NCBI RefSeq assembly: GCF_002161175.1
Contig: NZ_NFMA01000003.1
Span: 47,770-71,769 of the forward strand
Source of the DNA: Flavonifractor sp. An100
GTDB lineage: Bacteria > Bacillota > Clostridia > Oscillospirales > Oscillospiraceae
Length of the DNA stretch: 24,000 nucleotides
Direction: 5' to 3'
The notes beneath the pieces were generated by a model, which was not told the origin of the DNA, searched no databases, and saw only the letters and a program-made list of their open reading frames with translations. Position numbers and translations under genes: made by a program. Positions 1 through 7,617 of this stretch are shown in pieces. How positions within the stretch are numbered: position 1 is the stretch's first letter; every line of letters begins with the position of its first letter.

Positions 1-86
1 CGGGCATAATATGTAACCCGCAGGGAAAGGTCGTAGATAGACCTGCCCATCCGTAACTGTTCCCGCAGCTTTCTAATGGTCATCAT
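1..86 (-). CDS. Serine recombinase, N-terminal fragment (continues past the window start)
   Basis: The minus-strand ATGATG at 86..81 opens MMTIRKLREQLRMGRSIYDLSLRVTYYAR. The L-R-V-x-x-YAR ending is the typical start of the resolvase/large serine recombinase catalytic domain (YARVS). The start overlaps the stop of the upstream 64-aa gene (catGATGaccatTAG), indicating coupling. Only about 28 codons are visible. Confidence 0.5.
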   Translation of the reverse strand, partial: MMTIRKLREQLRMGRSIYDLSLRVTYYA

Positions 87-267
87 GCCGTTGATCCCCC
101 TTCTGCTCTTGTACTTGTAAAGGCTTATCTTCAGCATAATGGGTGAAATGCTTTCTGTCAAAAAACCGAGAATGACTGGCAGAATGATAAAGATCCTCTG
201 AGATAAAGTTCCGCTGCCACAGTCGCTTCAAAAGAACAAGCCCGATCTCACGGTCAATCTCATTCAT
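73..267 (-). CDS. Small ICE regulatory-module protein (64 aa), function unknown
   Basis: I trimmed the track ORF 73..345 to the internal ATG at 267, which is preceded by GAAGGAGG (275-282). The protein begins MNEIDREIGLVLLKRLWQRNFISEDLY. Its stop overlaps the recombinase start. Confidence 0.55.
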   Translation of the reverse strand: MNEIDREIGLVLLKRLWQRNFISEDLYHSASHSRFFDRKHFTHYAEDKPLQVQEQKGDQRHDDH

Positions 268-339
268 GCTCAAACCTCCTTCTCGGTAAGTTATGCCTTT
301 TGAACGGATACTATGATGTTCGGATTCAAAGCCACATGA

Positions 340-369
340 ACGCACTGGCAGCGTGTGCTGCCAGTGCGT
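340..369. repeat. Perfect 13-bp stem / 4-nt loop hairpin (ACGCACTGGCAGC gtgt GCTGCCAGTGCGT)
   Basis: The inverted repeat was read directly. It lies in the ORF-poor spacer between the sigma gene and the 64-aa gene and has no flanking U-tract on either strand. Confidence 0.6.
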
Positions 370-759
370 GGTATCTGACTTTGAATATGCCGGTCATATT
401 CATCGCCATATTTATCGAGCCCCTGGCGAAATGGGAACATGGCAGGTTGTCCGTGGCGAGGACGATTCATAACTCCACAGCGTCGGTCGTACCGTGCGCC
501 GTAGGGTTCCCCCGCTTACGTGGGAGGCCACCGTTCGGAAGTACCATTATGTCTGTGCTGCTCTCCTCCTGAATGAGCCATAAGCACCCAGGCGTATCGC
601 TTACAAATCGCTCACATCGGTGTGACCGATGGTCATGGCGGTAAACGAAAAATTGCATTGGCACAGTGACGTACCTGCTCATGCTGCCGATATTCCATTA
701 TCAAGGTTCACCGAGAAGTGAAAACCCCTCTATTAACAAGGACATCTGGAGGCGATTTT

Positions 760-1194
760 TTAAGTCTCTTTGAAAAGTTTTTCTAAAATTTTTTTTAGAT
801 TCTTTTTGCCAGCCTGGATGCTGTAATAAATCGCTTGTACGGAGGTGCCGTCCGCAGCGGCGATTTCTTCCAAGGTCATGTCCATAAAGTAATAGGCATA
901 GATCCGGTCTGCCTGTTTTCTGGGGATAGACCGCATAGCTTTGTAAAGTTCTTCGTTCTGGATATGCCGCATCGTTTCTTCTTCCGGCCCAGGTACTTGT
1001 TCTAAAATGTGAGCCTCCACTCCCGGTTCACTGTCCAGAGATACCACATCCCCGTTTCGGCTTCTCCGCTTCTCCAGGGCCTGGTCAGCAAGACGGCACT
1101 GCTCAAACATGGCGTCAATCTTGTAGGAAACAGGATATTCCGAGTATGTAGAATCCAGATGGGGGTATTCTTTTCTCAAATCAATAAATTTCAT
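760..1194 (-). CDS. Sigma-70 family (region 4 / ECF-like) transcription factor typical of conjugative elements
   Basis: 144 aa. The C-terminus RKQADRIYAYYFMDMTLEEIAAADGTSVQAIYYSIQAGKKNLKKIL is a sigma region-4 HTH. An AAGGAG SD lies upstream of the ATG at 1194. Confidence 0.75.
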   Translation of the reverse strand: MKFIDLRKEYPHLDSTYSEYPVSYKIDAMFEQCRLADQALEKRRSRNGDVVSLDSEPGVEAHILEQVPGPEEETMRHIQNEELYKAMRSIPRKQADRIYAYYFMDMTLEEIAAADGTSVQAIYYSIQAGKKNLKKILEKLFKET

Positions 1195-1305
1195 GTTGGC
1201 AACTCCTTTGAATTGTTTTTGAAGTATTCAAAGAAGTTGCTACGGGTACGCTGCTATGGAGGGATGCCAGTGCGCTGTAAACCAATCAAACTGCAAATAA
1301 AAAAA

Positions 1306-1349
1306 GGCATATCGAATCTCATCGTTTTTACGACAAAATTCGATATGCC
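1306..1349 (-). terminator. Hairpin (12-bp arms GGCATATCGAAT/ATTCGATATGCC, 20-nt loop) followed on the minus strand by TTTTTTTATTT
   Basis: The inverted repeat was read directly. The A-run at 1296-1305 on the plus strand gives the U-tract on the minus strand. Confidence 0.45.
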
Positions 1350-1393
1350 TAACACAAACGGATTCCCCGGGGCCGGGTATGTCAAATAACAAA

Positions 1394-1449
1394 AGAAAAG
1401 AGGATTTTCTTTTCCGTTTCAGCGGACGGTCTAGAAAATCCTCTTTTCT
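1394..1449 (-). terminator. Perfect 17-bp inverted repeat (AGAAAAGAGGATTTTCT ... AGAAAATCCTCTTTTCT, 22-nt spacer) followed on the minus strand by TTTGTTATTT
   Basis: The arms at 1394-1410 and 1433-1449 are exact reverse complements. An inner CCGT/ACGG pair extends the stem. It could alternatively be a protein-binding palindrome. Confidence 0.45.
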
Positions 1450-1632
1450 ATGCCACGGGTTATACAGTTGTTTTGATTCAAAAAGAATTGCGCACCGAGA
1501 TCACTCTTTCTATAAAACTTTTAATATATCATATAGTTGAAGTCGAAAGAATGATAACACAGTCGGAAGGTCGAAATTTGCTGACAAATGGAAAGAAAAC
1601 AGTGCTTTTACTGAAATTAGGTTTAATTCATA

Positions 1633-1661
1633 TTGCGTTTCCTACGTTCCCACGCTAAAAT
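1633..1661 (+). promoter_or_regulatory. Sigma-70 type promoter TTGCGT-17 nt-TAAAAT for the 1699 gene
   Basis: The -35 is at 1633-1638 and the -10 at 1656-1661, with exactly 17 nt between them. It sits about 40 nt upstream of the ATG at 1699. Confidence 0.45.
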
Positions 1662-1698
1662 GATGGCAGGCAGAACAACAGGAGGAGGTTTGAGCGAC

Positions 1699-2004
1699 AT
1701 GAAATATCTTCTGTACCGATCCCCTGGAAGCATAGAGAAGGATGTGACAAAACACGAACTGGTGGCTGTGGAATTTGGTACAGACATCTATGAAGTCACG
1801 GAGGCTCTGGTCGAAGCAGCGTCTCAAGATCTGGCTGGTATGCCGGAATACGAGGGGTGCCAGACTGCTGCCTATGCTCCAGAACTGTTAAAGCCGTTCC
1901 GCAAGGTCAAACGCTACGACTACGAGATGACGGGTATTGTCTATCCCGCACACGGGGATGAAAATATCTTGATTGACTATGGAATTGTAGAAAAAGCTGA
2001 ATAA
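1699..2004 (+). CDS. Small acidic hypothetical protein (101 aa)
   Basis: I trimmed the track ORF 1633..2004 to the ATG at 1699, which is preceded by AGGAGGAGG (1679-1688). By hand count it has 19 D/E versus 10 K/R. No recognisable motif. It is convergent with res. Confidence 0.55.
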   Translation: MKYLLYRSPGSIEKDVTKHELVAVEFGTDIYEVTEALVEAASQDLAGMPEYEGCQTAAYAPELLKPFRKVKRYDYEMTGIVYPAHGDENILIDYGIVEKAE

Positions 2005-2011
2005 AACACAA

Positions 2012-2046
2012 AAAGGGAAACCCGGATTCAGTCCAGGTTTCCCTTT
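2012..2046. terminator. Bidirectional rho-independent terminator between the convergent 1699..2004 gene and res
   Basis: AAAGGGAAACC (2012-2022) pairs with GGTTTCCCTTT (2036-2046). On the minus strand it is followed by TTTTGTGTTTTATT. Confidence 0.7.
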
Positions 2047-2069
2047 GCTCATTGTGTCATTAACTCTAT

Positions 2070-5000
2070 TTACAGCCGCTCACGCAGTTCTGTCCAGCTA
2101 GTGGCAGCCTCCAGCTCCACCCCAGCGTTCAAGGCTTTGAAATGCTCCTTGCCGCAGTGAATTTTCAGCTGCTCACTGGTTTTCAGGTGCATAAAGCTGG
2201 TGTCGCCCTTGGTTTCCAGGACAAAATACAGCTTTTCCTCACCATTCTTGTTGAGATACACAGCCCAGTCGGGGTTGTACGTGCCGATGGGGGTTTCAAT
2301 TTTGAATCGGCTGGGAATCTTGAAGAACATCTTCACATCCGGGTCGTTGTCCAAGGCCACGGCAACCGGCTTCTCCACCGTGGAGCTGTCGTAAACCACA
2401 TAGTCATAGACGCTGTGTTCCACCTTTACGGCGTTCCGATCCAGGTTAGCAAGCAACTCAGTGGTGTCGAAGATTTCCTGCACATAATATTCCTGGCCGT
2501 CCAGCTTCACATAGCGGATACCGTCGATAGCCAGGGCGTGGCGGTGGCTGCGGATCAGCTCTACGACTTGCTCCAGAAATGCCTCCGGGTTGTTGAGAAA
2601 GTCCTTGCACCGTCCACTCCCCACCAGAATCCGATTGATGGTGGCCGGGGTCAGCAGCGTTTCATCGCTGATGGCGGTAATAATGTCCGGCAGGGCCTGA
2701 TAGTCGTTGGCAATATCCATTGTCCGCATTTCCCGTTCTATGTGACTGATTCCAGCCTGTTCAATATGGATGTCGGCGGTCTGGGACACCAGTCGGGTTT
2801 TGGGGATATGGGGCATTTCCCGGATAACTTTGACGCAGTTCTCCACAAGCTGCTCGGTGTCAATGCTCACCCGATAAGCGGTTTTCTGCTTGATCTTGTT
2901 CCATAGCTCCAGGAACTCCGGGGAGAGCATGACTTGTTTGTTGAGCCGCACCACCACATCACGGGAAGCATCCCGCACCGGGGGCTTCCGGTCGGCATTG
3001 GCGATAATCTGCTCAAACCGCTCTCTGGCAGCTTCATATTTTTTCGGCAGGTCAAGGGTTCCGTTTTTCAGAGCGTTCTTCATGGTGTCCTTGACCTTGC
3101 CGGTGCTGGTGATATACCCCTTTTGCTCAAAATGTTGCAGCAGCTCGGTTGCTTCCTCGTGGGTGACAGTGTGTTCCTCCACCACGGTTTCCGTGTAGGT
3201 GGTTCCGGCCAGGGATTCCACCGCCACCGGCTGGGCCTTTTCTACGATTTCCTGTACCACTTCTTTGACAGGCTCCAGCGCCTTGGGCAGCTCGATTTCC
3301 CTGGGCTTGATTGCAGCGGCCACCTGACCAGCCTCATCAATCACACCAGCGGTTTTCAGGGCCGCTACTACCGCCTGGGCCTGTTCAGTCGTTACCTGCT
3401 TCTCTACGTCCCGACGGGCCTCATAGACCATGCCGGAAAACAAACTAAGCTGAAGCACACCAAACTTGACGCCGGTTTCGTCCTCGATCTCCTTTTGGAG
3501 GGTGGAGGCAAATTCGGCAAAGCTCTCGTTGGCCATAACGTGAAGGACGTTGATGTTCTTATCCTCGATACGCTCGCCGTCCTGGTTCACGCACAGGCGC
3601 AGGCCACGGCCCACCTTCTGACGGCAGGTAAAGGTGGACTTCTGCTCGATCAGAGTGCAAACCTGGAACACATTGGGGTTGTCCCAGCCTTCCCGCAGCG
3701 CCGAGTGGGAGAAAATAAACCGCAGCGGACACTCAAAGCTGAGAAGCCACTCCTTGTCCCGCATAATGGTGTTGTAGGTGTCATCGTCAGCTTGGGTGTC
3801 GCCTTTGGTATCCTTCAGACGGCCCTTCTTGTCCTGGGAGAAGTAGCCGTTATGCATCTTACTCACGTCTGTGGTAAACCGCTCCTGAAGGACGGCATAC
3901 TTGGGTTTCGCCATCAGCTCCTGGTAGCACTCCTCAAACATGGTGGCATAGATGCCGGGGGTGCCGTCCTCGTGGCGGTACTTGTCCACCTTGTCGATGA
4001 AGAACAGGGACAGTACCTTGATACCCTTGTCCAGATACCGCAGCTCTTTGTCCAGGTGGGTTTCGATGGTGCGCCGGATCTGCGCCTTCTTGACGATGTT
4101 CTCGTCTACATCGCCAATGGCCTTGCCCAGCTTGACCTCTTGGGTGTTGCCGAACTCGATATGCTCAAAGTCGGGGGTACAGTCGATTCCGGCGACGGTG
4201 TAGCCTTCATACAGTTCCCGTTGACCGGAGAGCAGGAACAAATCGTCTCCCGGCTTGACGGTCATGGCCTTTCGGGTCACGGCTCCGGTCTTGCCCTTCA
4301 CATCCAGTTCTACCCTGGCCTTAAAGCCCTTGTCGTTGCTGACAGAAAGCAGCCGCACATAGGCTTGGTTGAAGCCACCGGCAATCTGATTGGAGGACAC
4401 GGCGATCTGCTTCACCAGCCCCATCTGGTAGGCATCCACCGGAGTCAGGCGGTAAAGCAGATTGATTTTTTCTCGGTGGGTAGCGGAGTACCGCAACACA
4501 CACAGGGGGTTCAACGTGGCAATGGCTTCCTTGGCCTTGGGGGTGTTGTCTACACTCTGGGGTTCGTCGATGATGACGATAGGATGGGTATTCTGAATAA
4601 AGCCCATGGCCGTCTCGCCACCCAAACGATCTTGGGCCTGGTTGATAATGTTCTCCGCCTTCTTGAAAGCGTCGATGTTAATAATCATCACTTCGATGTT
4701 GGAGCTGGTGGCAAACTGCCGCACATCGGACAATTTGGCAGAGTTGTAGATGAAGTACCGGCACGGCACATTGTCATATTGCAGGCCGAAATGCTCCTGA
4801 GTGACTTGAAAGGACTTGTAGACGCCCTCCCGGATGGCCACCGACGGCACCACAATGACGAACTTGGTAAACCCGTACTTGCGGTTCAGCTCAAAGATGG
4901 TCTTGGTGTAAACATAGGTCTTGCCGGTGCCGGTTTCCATCTCGATACAGAACTGGCAGCGTGACGCTGCACCCAATGCGCCTTCGGCGGCGGGTTCCAA

Positions 5001-5228
5001 GTCAGTGAGTGGTAAACCATTCCGCTTCTGGACAGCGTGCATATTGGCGGTCAGTGTTTCCTGGTCGATGTAGAGGGCGTTGCCCTGGCCCAGTTCAGGG
5101 AGAAGGGAAGTCTGCCGATCATCCACCACGGAGAAGGTGCTTTTGGTTTTCTCCTGGCCAGTAAATAAGTCCACCACGGCGTTGACTGCGTCCGTTTGGA
5201 AGGCTTGATTTTTGAATTTAAGTTTCAT
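2070..5228 (-). CDS. res: Type III restriction endonuclease, Res subunit (SF2 helicase + C-terminal PD-(D/E)xK nuclease)
   Basis: 1052 aa. The N-terminus MKLKFKNQAFQTDAV is typical of Res. Motifs seen: Walker A METGTGKTYVY, motif II IVIIDEPQSV, motif VI QKVGRGLRL, and nuclease core YNPDWAVYL...LYFVLETKG. The SD AAGAGGTGA overlaps the upstream stop. Confidence 0.9.
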   Translation of the reverse strand: MKLKFKNQAFQTDAVNAVVDLFTGQEKTKSTFSVVDDRQTSLLPELGQGNALYIDQETLTANMHAVQKRNGLPLTDLEPAAEGALGAASRCQFCIEMETGTGKTYVYTKTIFELNRKYGFTKFVIVVPSVAIREGVYKSFQVTQEHFGLQYDNVPCRYFIYNSAKLSDVRQFATSSNIEVMIINIDAFKKAENIINQAQDRLGGETAMGFIQNTHPIVIIDEPQSVDNTPKAKEAIATLNPLCVLRYSATHREKINLLYRLTPVDAYQMGLVKQIAVSSNQIAGGFNQAYVRLLSVSNDKGFKARVELDVKGKTGAVTRKAMTVKPGDDLFLLSGQRELYEGYTVAGIDCTPDFEHIEFGNTQEVKLGKAIGDVDENIVKKAQIRRTIETHLDKELRYLDKGIKVLSLFFIDKVDKYRHEDGTPGIYATMFEECYQELMAKPKYAVLQERFTTDVSKMHNGYFSQDKKGRLKDTKGDTQADDDTYNTIMRDKEWLLSFECPLRFIFSHSALREGWDNPNVFQVCTLIEQKSTFTCRQKVGRGLRLCVNQDGERIEDKNINVLHVMANESFAEFASTLQKEIEDETGVKFGVLQLSLFSGMVYEARRDVEKQVTTEQAQAVVAALKTAGVIDEAGQVAAAIKPREIELPKALEPVKEVVQEIVEKAQPVAVESLAGTTYTETVVEEHTVTHEEATELLQHFEQKGYITSTGKVKDTMKNALKNGTLDLPKKYEAARERFEQIIANADRKPPVRDASRDVVVRLNKQVMLSPEFLELWNKIKQKTAYRVSIDTEQLVENCVKVIREMPHIPKTRLVSQTADIHIEQAGISHIEREMRTMDIANDYQALPDIITAISDETLLTPATINRILVGSGRCKDFLNNPEAFLEQVVELIRSHRHALAIDGIRYVKLDGQEYYVQEIFDTTELLANLDRNAVKVEHSVYDYVVYDSSTVEKPVAVALDNDPDVKMFFKIPSRFKIETPIGTYNPDWAVYLNKNGEEKLYFVLETKGDTSFMHLKTSEQLKIHCGKEHFKALNAGVELEAATSWTELRERL

Positions 5229-5234
5229 GCCTGT

Positions 5235-5753
5235 TCACCTCTTAAACAACCGCAGGAACAGGGTATAGTTCCATAAAAGATTATCTGCTTCAATGGAGTG
5301 CTGAATATTGATAATCTCATATTTGATTCCAACAATATTTTTACTGTCCATGTAGAGCTTGAGATTTTTATAGCTCTGCACAACATCAAGTTGATTTAGT
5401 ATTCCATTGTCAAGCACCTGATCTATTTTTGAAGTCAAGTTCCGATATATGTCTTGATTTCCTGTTTCACAATACAGGGCTGCTCGTTCGTAGGCGGTTT
5501 TTAGTGCTAATAGTGCATCTTTGCGTATGTCAATCTGCATTTTTCGCACACCAACAATAATTACTTCGTATATCGTAAAGCAAAAAGCAATCCGTTCAAT
5601 CCAAAGCCACAAAGTATTACCGCTGGAGATAGGGGAAAGGAATGTAGAAAGATAAGCAAGTAAGAATGGAATACCAATGTATTCGATTGTTCCAAGTAGG
5701 CAATGCACAGTGGTTTTTGTGATTACATGAAACCATTTTAGAGTGTTATTCAT
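5235..5753 (-). CDS. Uncharacterised membrane protein, 2 predicted N-terminal TM helices plus a helical C-terminal domain of about 100 aa
   Basis: 172 aa. Hydrophobic segments are VHCLLGTIEYIGIPFLLAYLSTFL and LWLWIERIAFCFTIYEVIIVGV. The ATG at 5753 is preceded by GAGGAAG, 7 nt after the mod stop. Its stop lies inside the res SD. It is AT-rich (line 5341-5400 is 21/60 GC by hand count). Confidence 0.6.
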   Translation of the reverse strand: MNNTLKWFHVITKTTVHCLLGTIEYIGIPFLLAYLSTFLSPISSGNTLWLWIERIAFCFTIYEVIIVGVRKMQIDIRKDALLALKTAYERAALYCETGNQDIYRNLTSKIDQVLDNGILNQLDVVQSYKNLKLYMDSKNIVGIKYEIINIQHSIEADNLLWNYTLFLRLFKR

Positions 5754-5760
5754 ATCTTCC

Positions 5761-7617
5761 TCACACCAGTTTCAGCTCAATTCCATGATCCCGCAGGATA
5801 TAGTAGGCATTTGCCATAGCGGTATCGTCGGCAAAGCTGTCACGGGAGATAATGATTTTAGCCGGAGCATATTCGGTCATTTGCTCCACGTCCTCCGGCT
5901 GCACATCTTCGGCCAGACAGACCAGCAGCAGGCAATCATCGCCCACGCCATAGACGGTCTTGTTGTGGATGGAGAACGGGGTCACGGAGTAGGTCAGCGG
6001 TACACCCAGCTTCAGCATGATTTCATAGATCATATCCAGGTCGGTACGCTCCGGCTTTACCCGGTGAATCATGGTATTCATTCGCTGGTACAGCAGGTCG
6101 AGCTGCTCGTCCTCAATGGGGGTAGCGTCCCAGGTTTTCAGATTGGAGGTGTCCAGCTTAAAGACACGGAAGCCCACGTCCAGGGGCTGCTTGTCCTCCT
6201 CCATAGTGACTTGGGCGTGTTCCTCCAGGATTTTCTTTCCGGCCCGCCGGATTCGCTCCTTGCCGATCTCGCAGATATTCTTGTACCCGGCCTTATGCGC
6301 CTCGCTCTTTTCGTCGCACAGCTCGGGAAGCTGCACCAGAATAAAGCGCCGGTTGCCGCCGTCCTCGGCATTGAGCTGCATCACCGCATGGGCGGTGGTA
6401 GCGGAGCCAGAGAAGAAGTCGAGAATAATGTCATCATTTGAAGTTGAAATCGCAAGACACCGCTGTATTAGTTCAACTGGTTTAGAAAAGTCAAATATCT
6501 TTCCGCCAAATAATTTTGTTAAGCCTTGCGCAGCAGATTGGGTATGACCAACCTCTGTGTTAGGCCACCATGTCCAAAGATTGCGTCCTGCTCTTTCCGA
6601 GAGATATGTTTTCTTTCTTGGAACACCCTTTCCATCTGCACCAAACCAGATTCGCCCAGCAGCTATTTCTTCGTTCATTTTATCCTGTGTATATCGCCAA
6701 CACAGGCTGTCAGGCAATTCGATAACCCGTCCAGCAGGTGTAACCATAGTATAAAATTGGTTTTTCGTTCCGTGACCAGCTTGTGCTGTGCAATCAGTCG
6801 AAATCCACGGCCCTCTGGGGTCGTTATCAGGATTTTTATAAGCTGCTTTGTCCTTTTCAGAAAATGGTAGCAGCTTTATAACTTGGTTACTATTCTGAAT
6901 GTTTTTTGTATAGACAAGGATGTATTCGTGCCCCGGGCTAATAACCCGTCGTGCATCTGGTGATGTACGTTTTTGCCATATAATCTGTGCTATAAAATTT
7001 TCCTCGCCAAACACTTCATCACAAACTTTTCGCAGGTTTGTGACCTCGTTATCATCAATCGAGATAAAAATCACACCATCATCCCGCAGCAGGTTTGCCG
7101 CCAGACGCAGACGGGGATACATCATGTTGAGCCAGTTGGTGTGAAAGCGGCCCATGGTTTCCGGGTTGCTCTTGGTGGTCTGCTGGGTCACTTCCTTGTA
7201 CCGGGCCATGGGATCGGCAAAATCATCGGCATAGACAAAATCGTTGCCGGTGTTGTACGGCGGGTCAATATAGAACATCTTCACCTTGCGGTAGTAGGCC
7301 GTTTGCAGCAGCTTCAAGACCTCCAGGTTGTCGCCCTCGATGTAGAGGTTCTGGGTGGTGTCCCAGTCCACGCTTTCCTCCTGGCAGGGGCGCAGGGTTC
7401 CGGTGGAACGCTTCTGGGCCAGCCGCAGGCAGTCCGCCTTGCCCTTCCACTCAAACTTGTACTTCTCAAAATCGTTGTCGATGTACTCGCCGCACAGAGA
7501 AAGCAGCTTGTCAATGTCCAGCTTGCCCTCGCTGACGCACTCCGGGAACACCGAGCGCAGCTTGTCCAGGTTGCTTTGTTCTATGTTCATGGAAAGTCCG
7601 TCAAGTATATCAGGCAT
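5761..7617 (-). CDS. mod: Type III DNA methyltransferase, Mod subunit (beta-class N6-adenine/N4-cytosine MTase)
   Basis: I trimmed the track ORF to the ATG at 7617, which has AGGAGG 9 nt upstream (7627-7632). Motif IV is FYIDPPYNTGNDF and motif I is ILDFFSGSATTAHAV, with a long variable region between them, as in Mod proteins. Confidence 0.9.
   Translation of the reverse strand: MPDILDGLSMNIEQSNLDKLRSVFPECVSEGKLDIDKLLSLCGEYIDNDFEKYKFEWKGKADCLRLAQKRSTGTLRPCQEESVDWDTTQNLYIEGDNLEVLKLLQTAYYRKVKMFYIDPPYNTGNDFVYADDFADPMARYKEVTQQTTKSNPETMGRFHTNWLNMMYPRLRLAANLLRDDGVIFISIDDNEVTNLRKVCDEVFGEENFIAQIIWQKRTSPDARRVISPGHEYILVYTKNIQNSNQVIKLLPFSEKDKAAYKNPDNDPRGPWISTDCTAQAGHGTKNQFYTMVTPAGRVIELPDSLCWRYTQDKMNEEIAAGRIWFGADGKGVPRKKTYLSERAGRNLWTWWPNTEVGHTQSAAQGLTKLFGGKIFDFSKPVELIQRCLAISTSNDDIILDFFSGSATTAHAVMQLNAEDGGNRRFILVQLPELCDEKSEAHKAGYKNICEIGKERIRRAGKKILEEHAQVTMEEDKQPLDVGFRVFKLDTSNLKTWDATPIEDEQLDLLYQRMNTMIHRVKPERTDLDMIYEIMLKLGVPLTYSVTPFSIHNKTVYGVGDDCLLLVCLAEDVQPEDVEQMTEYAPAKIIISRDSFADDTAMANAYYILRDHGIELKLV

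Noticed and set aside
494-520. The plus-strand string GTGCGCCGTAGGGTT resembles the 5' end of a bacterial group II intron (GTGCGCC...TAGGGT)
   Set aside because: I could not find a convincing domain V (AGC triad stem with a GNRA loop). There is no intron-encoded reverse transcriptase, and only about 260 nt remain before the sigma gene on the opposite strand. At most it is a decayed fragment. An Infernal scan would be needed.
300-682. ORFs 300..572 (+) and 467..682 (-) in the spacer
   Set aside because: Neither has an SD or any recognisable motif, and they overlap each other. I treat the region as non-coding or uncertain (see the finding on 268-759).
2934-4964. A 676-aa plus-strand ORF (and 2142..2906, 2890..3198, 3952..4203) opposite res
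   Set aside because: It is antisense to a gene with unambiguous type III Res motifs. The translation is low-complexity (G/L/V/H/Q-rich) with no motifs or SD. It is a typical stop-free shadow frame of GC-rich coding DNA.
5761-7617. A search for phase-variable simple sequence repeats in mod and res, which are common in type III systems
   Set aside because: I saw no homopolymer or tetra/pentanucleotide repeat tract in the 5' parts of mod or res, and both ORFs are intact. There is no evidence of a phasevarion.
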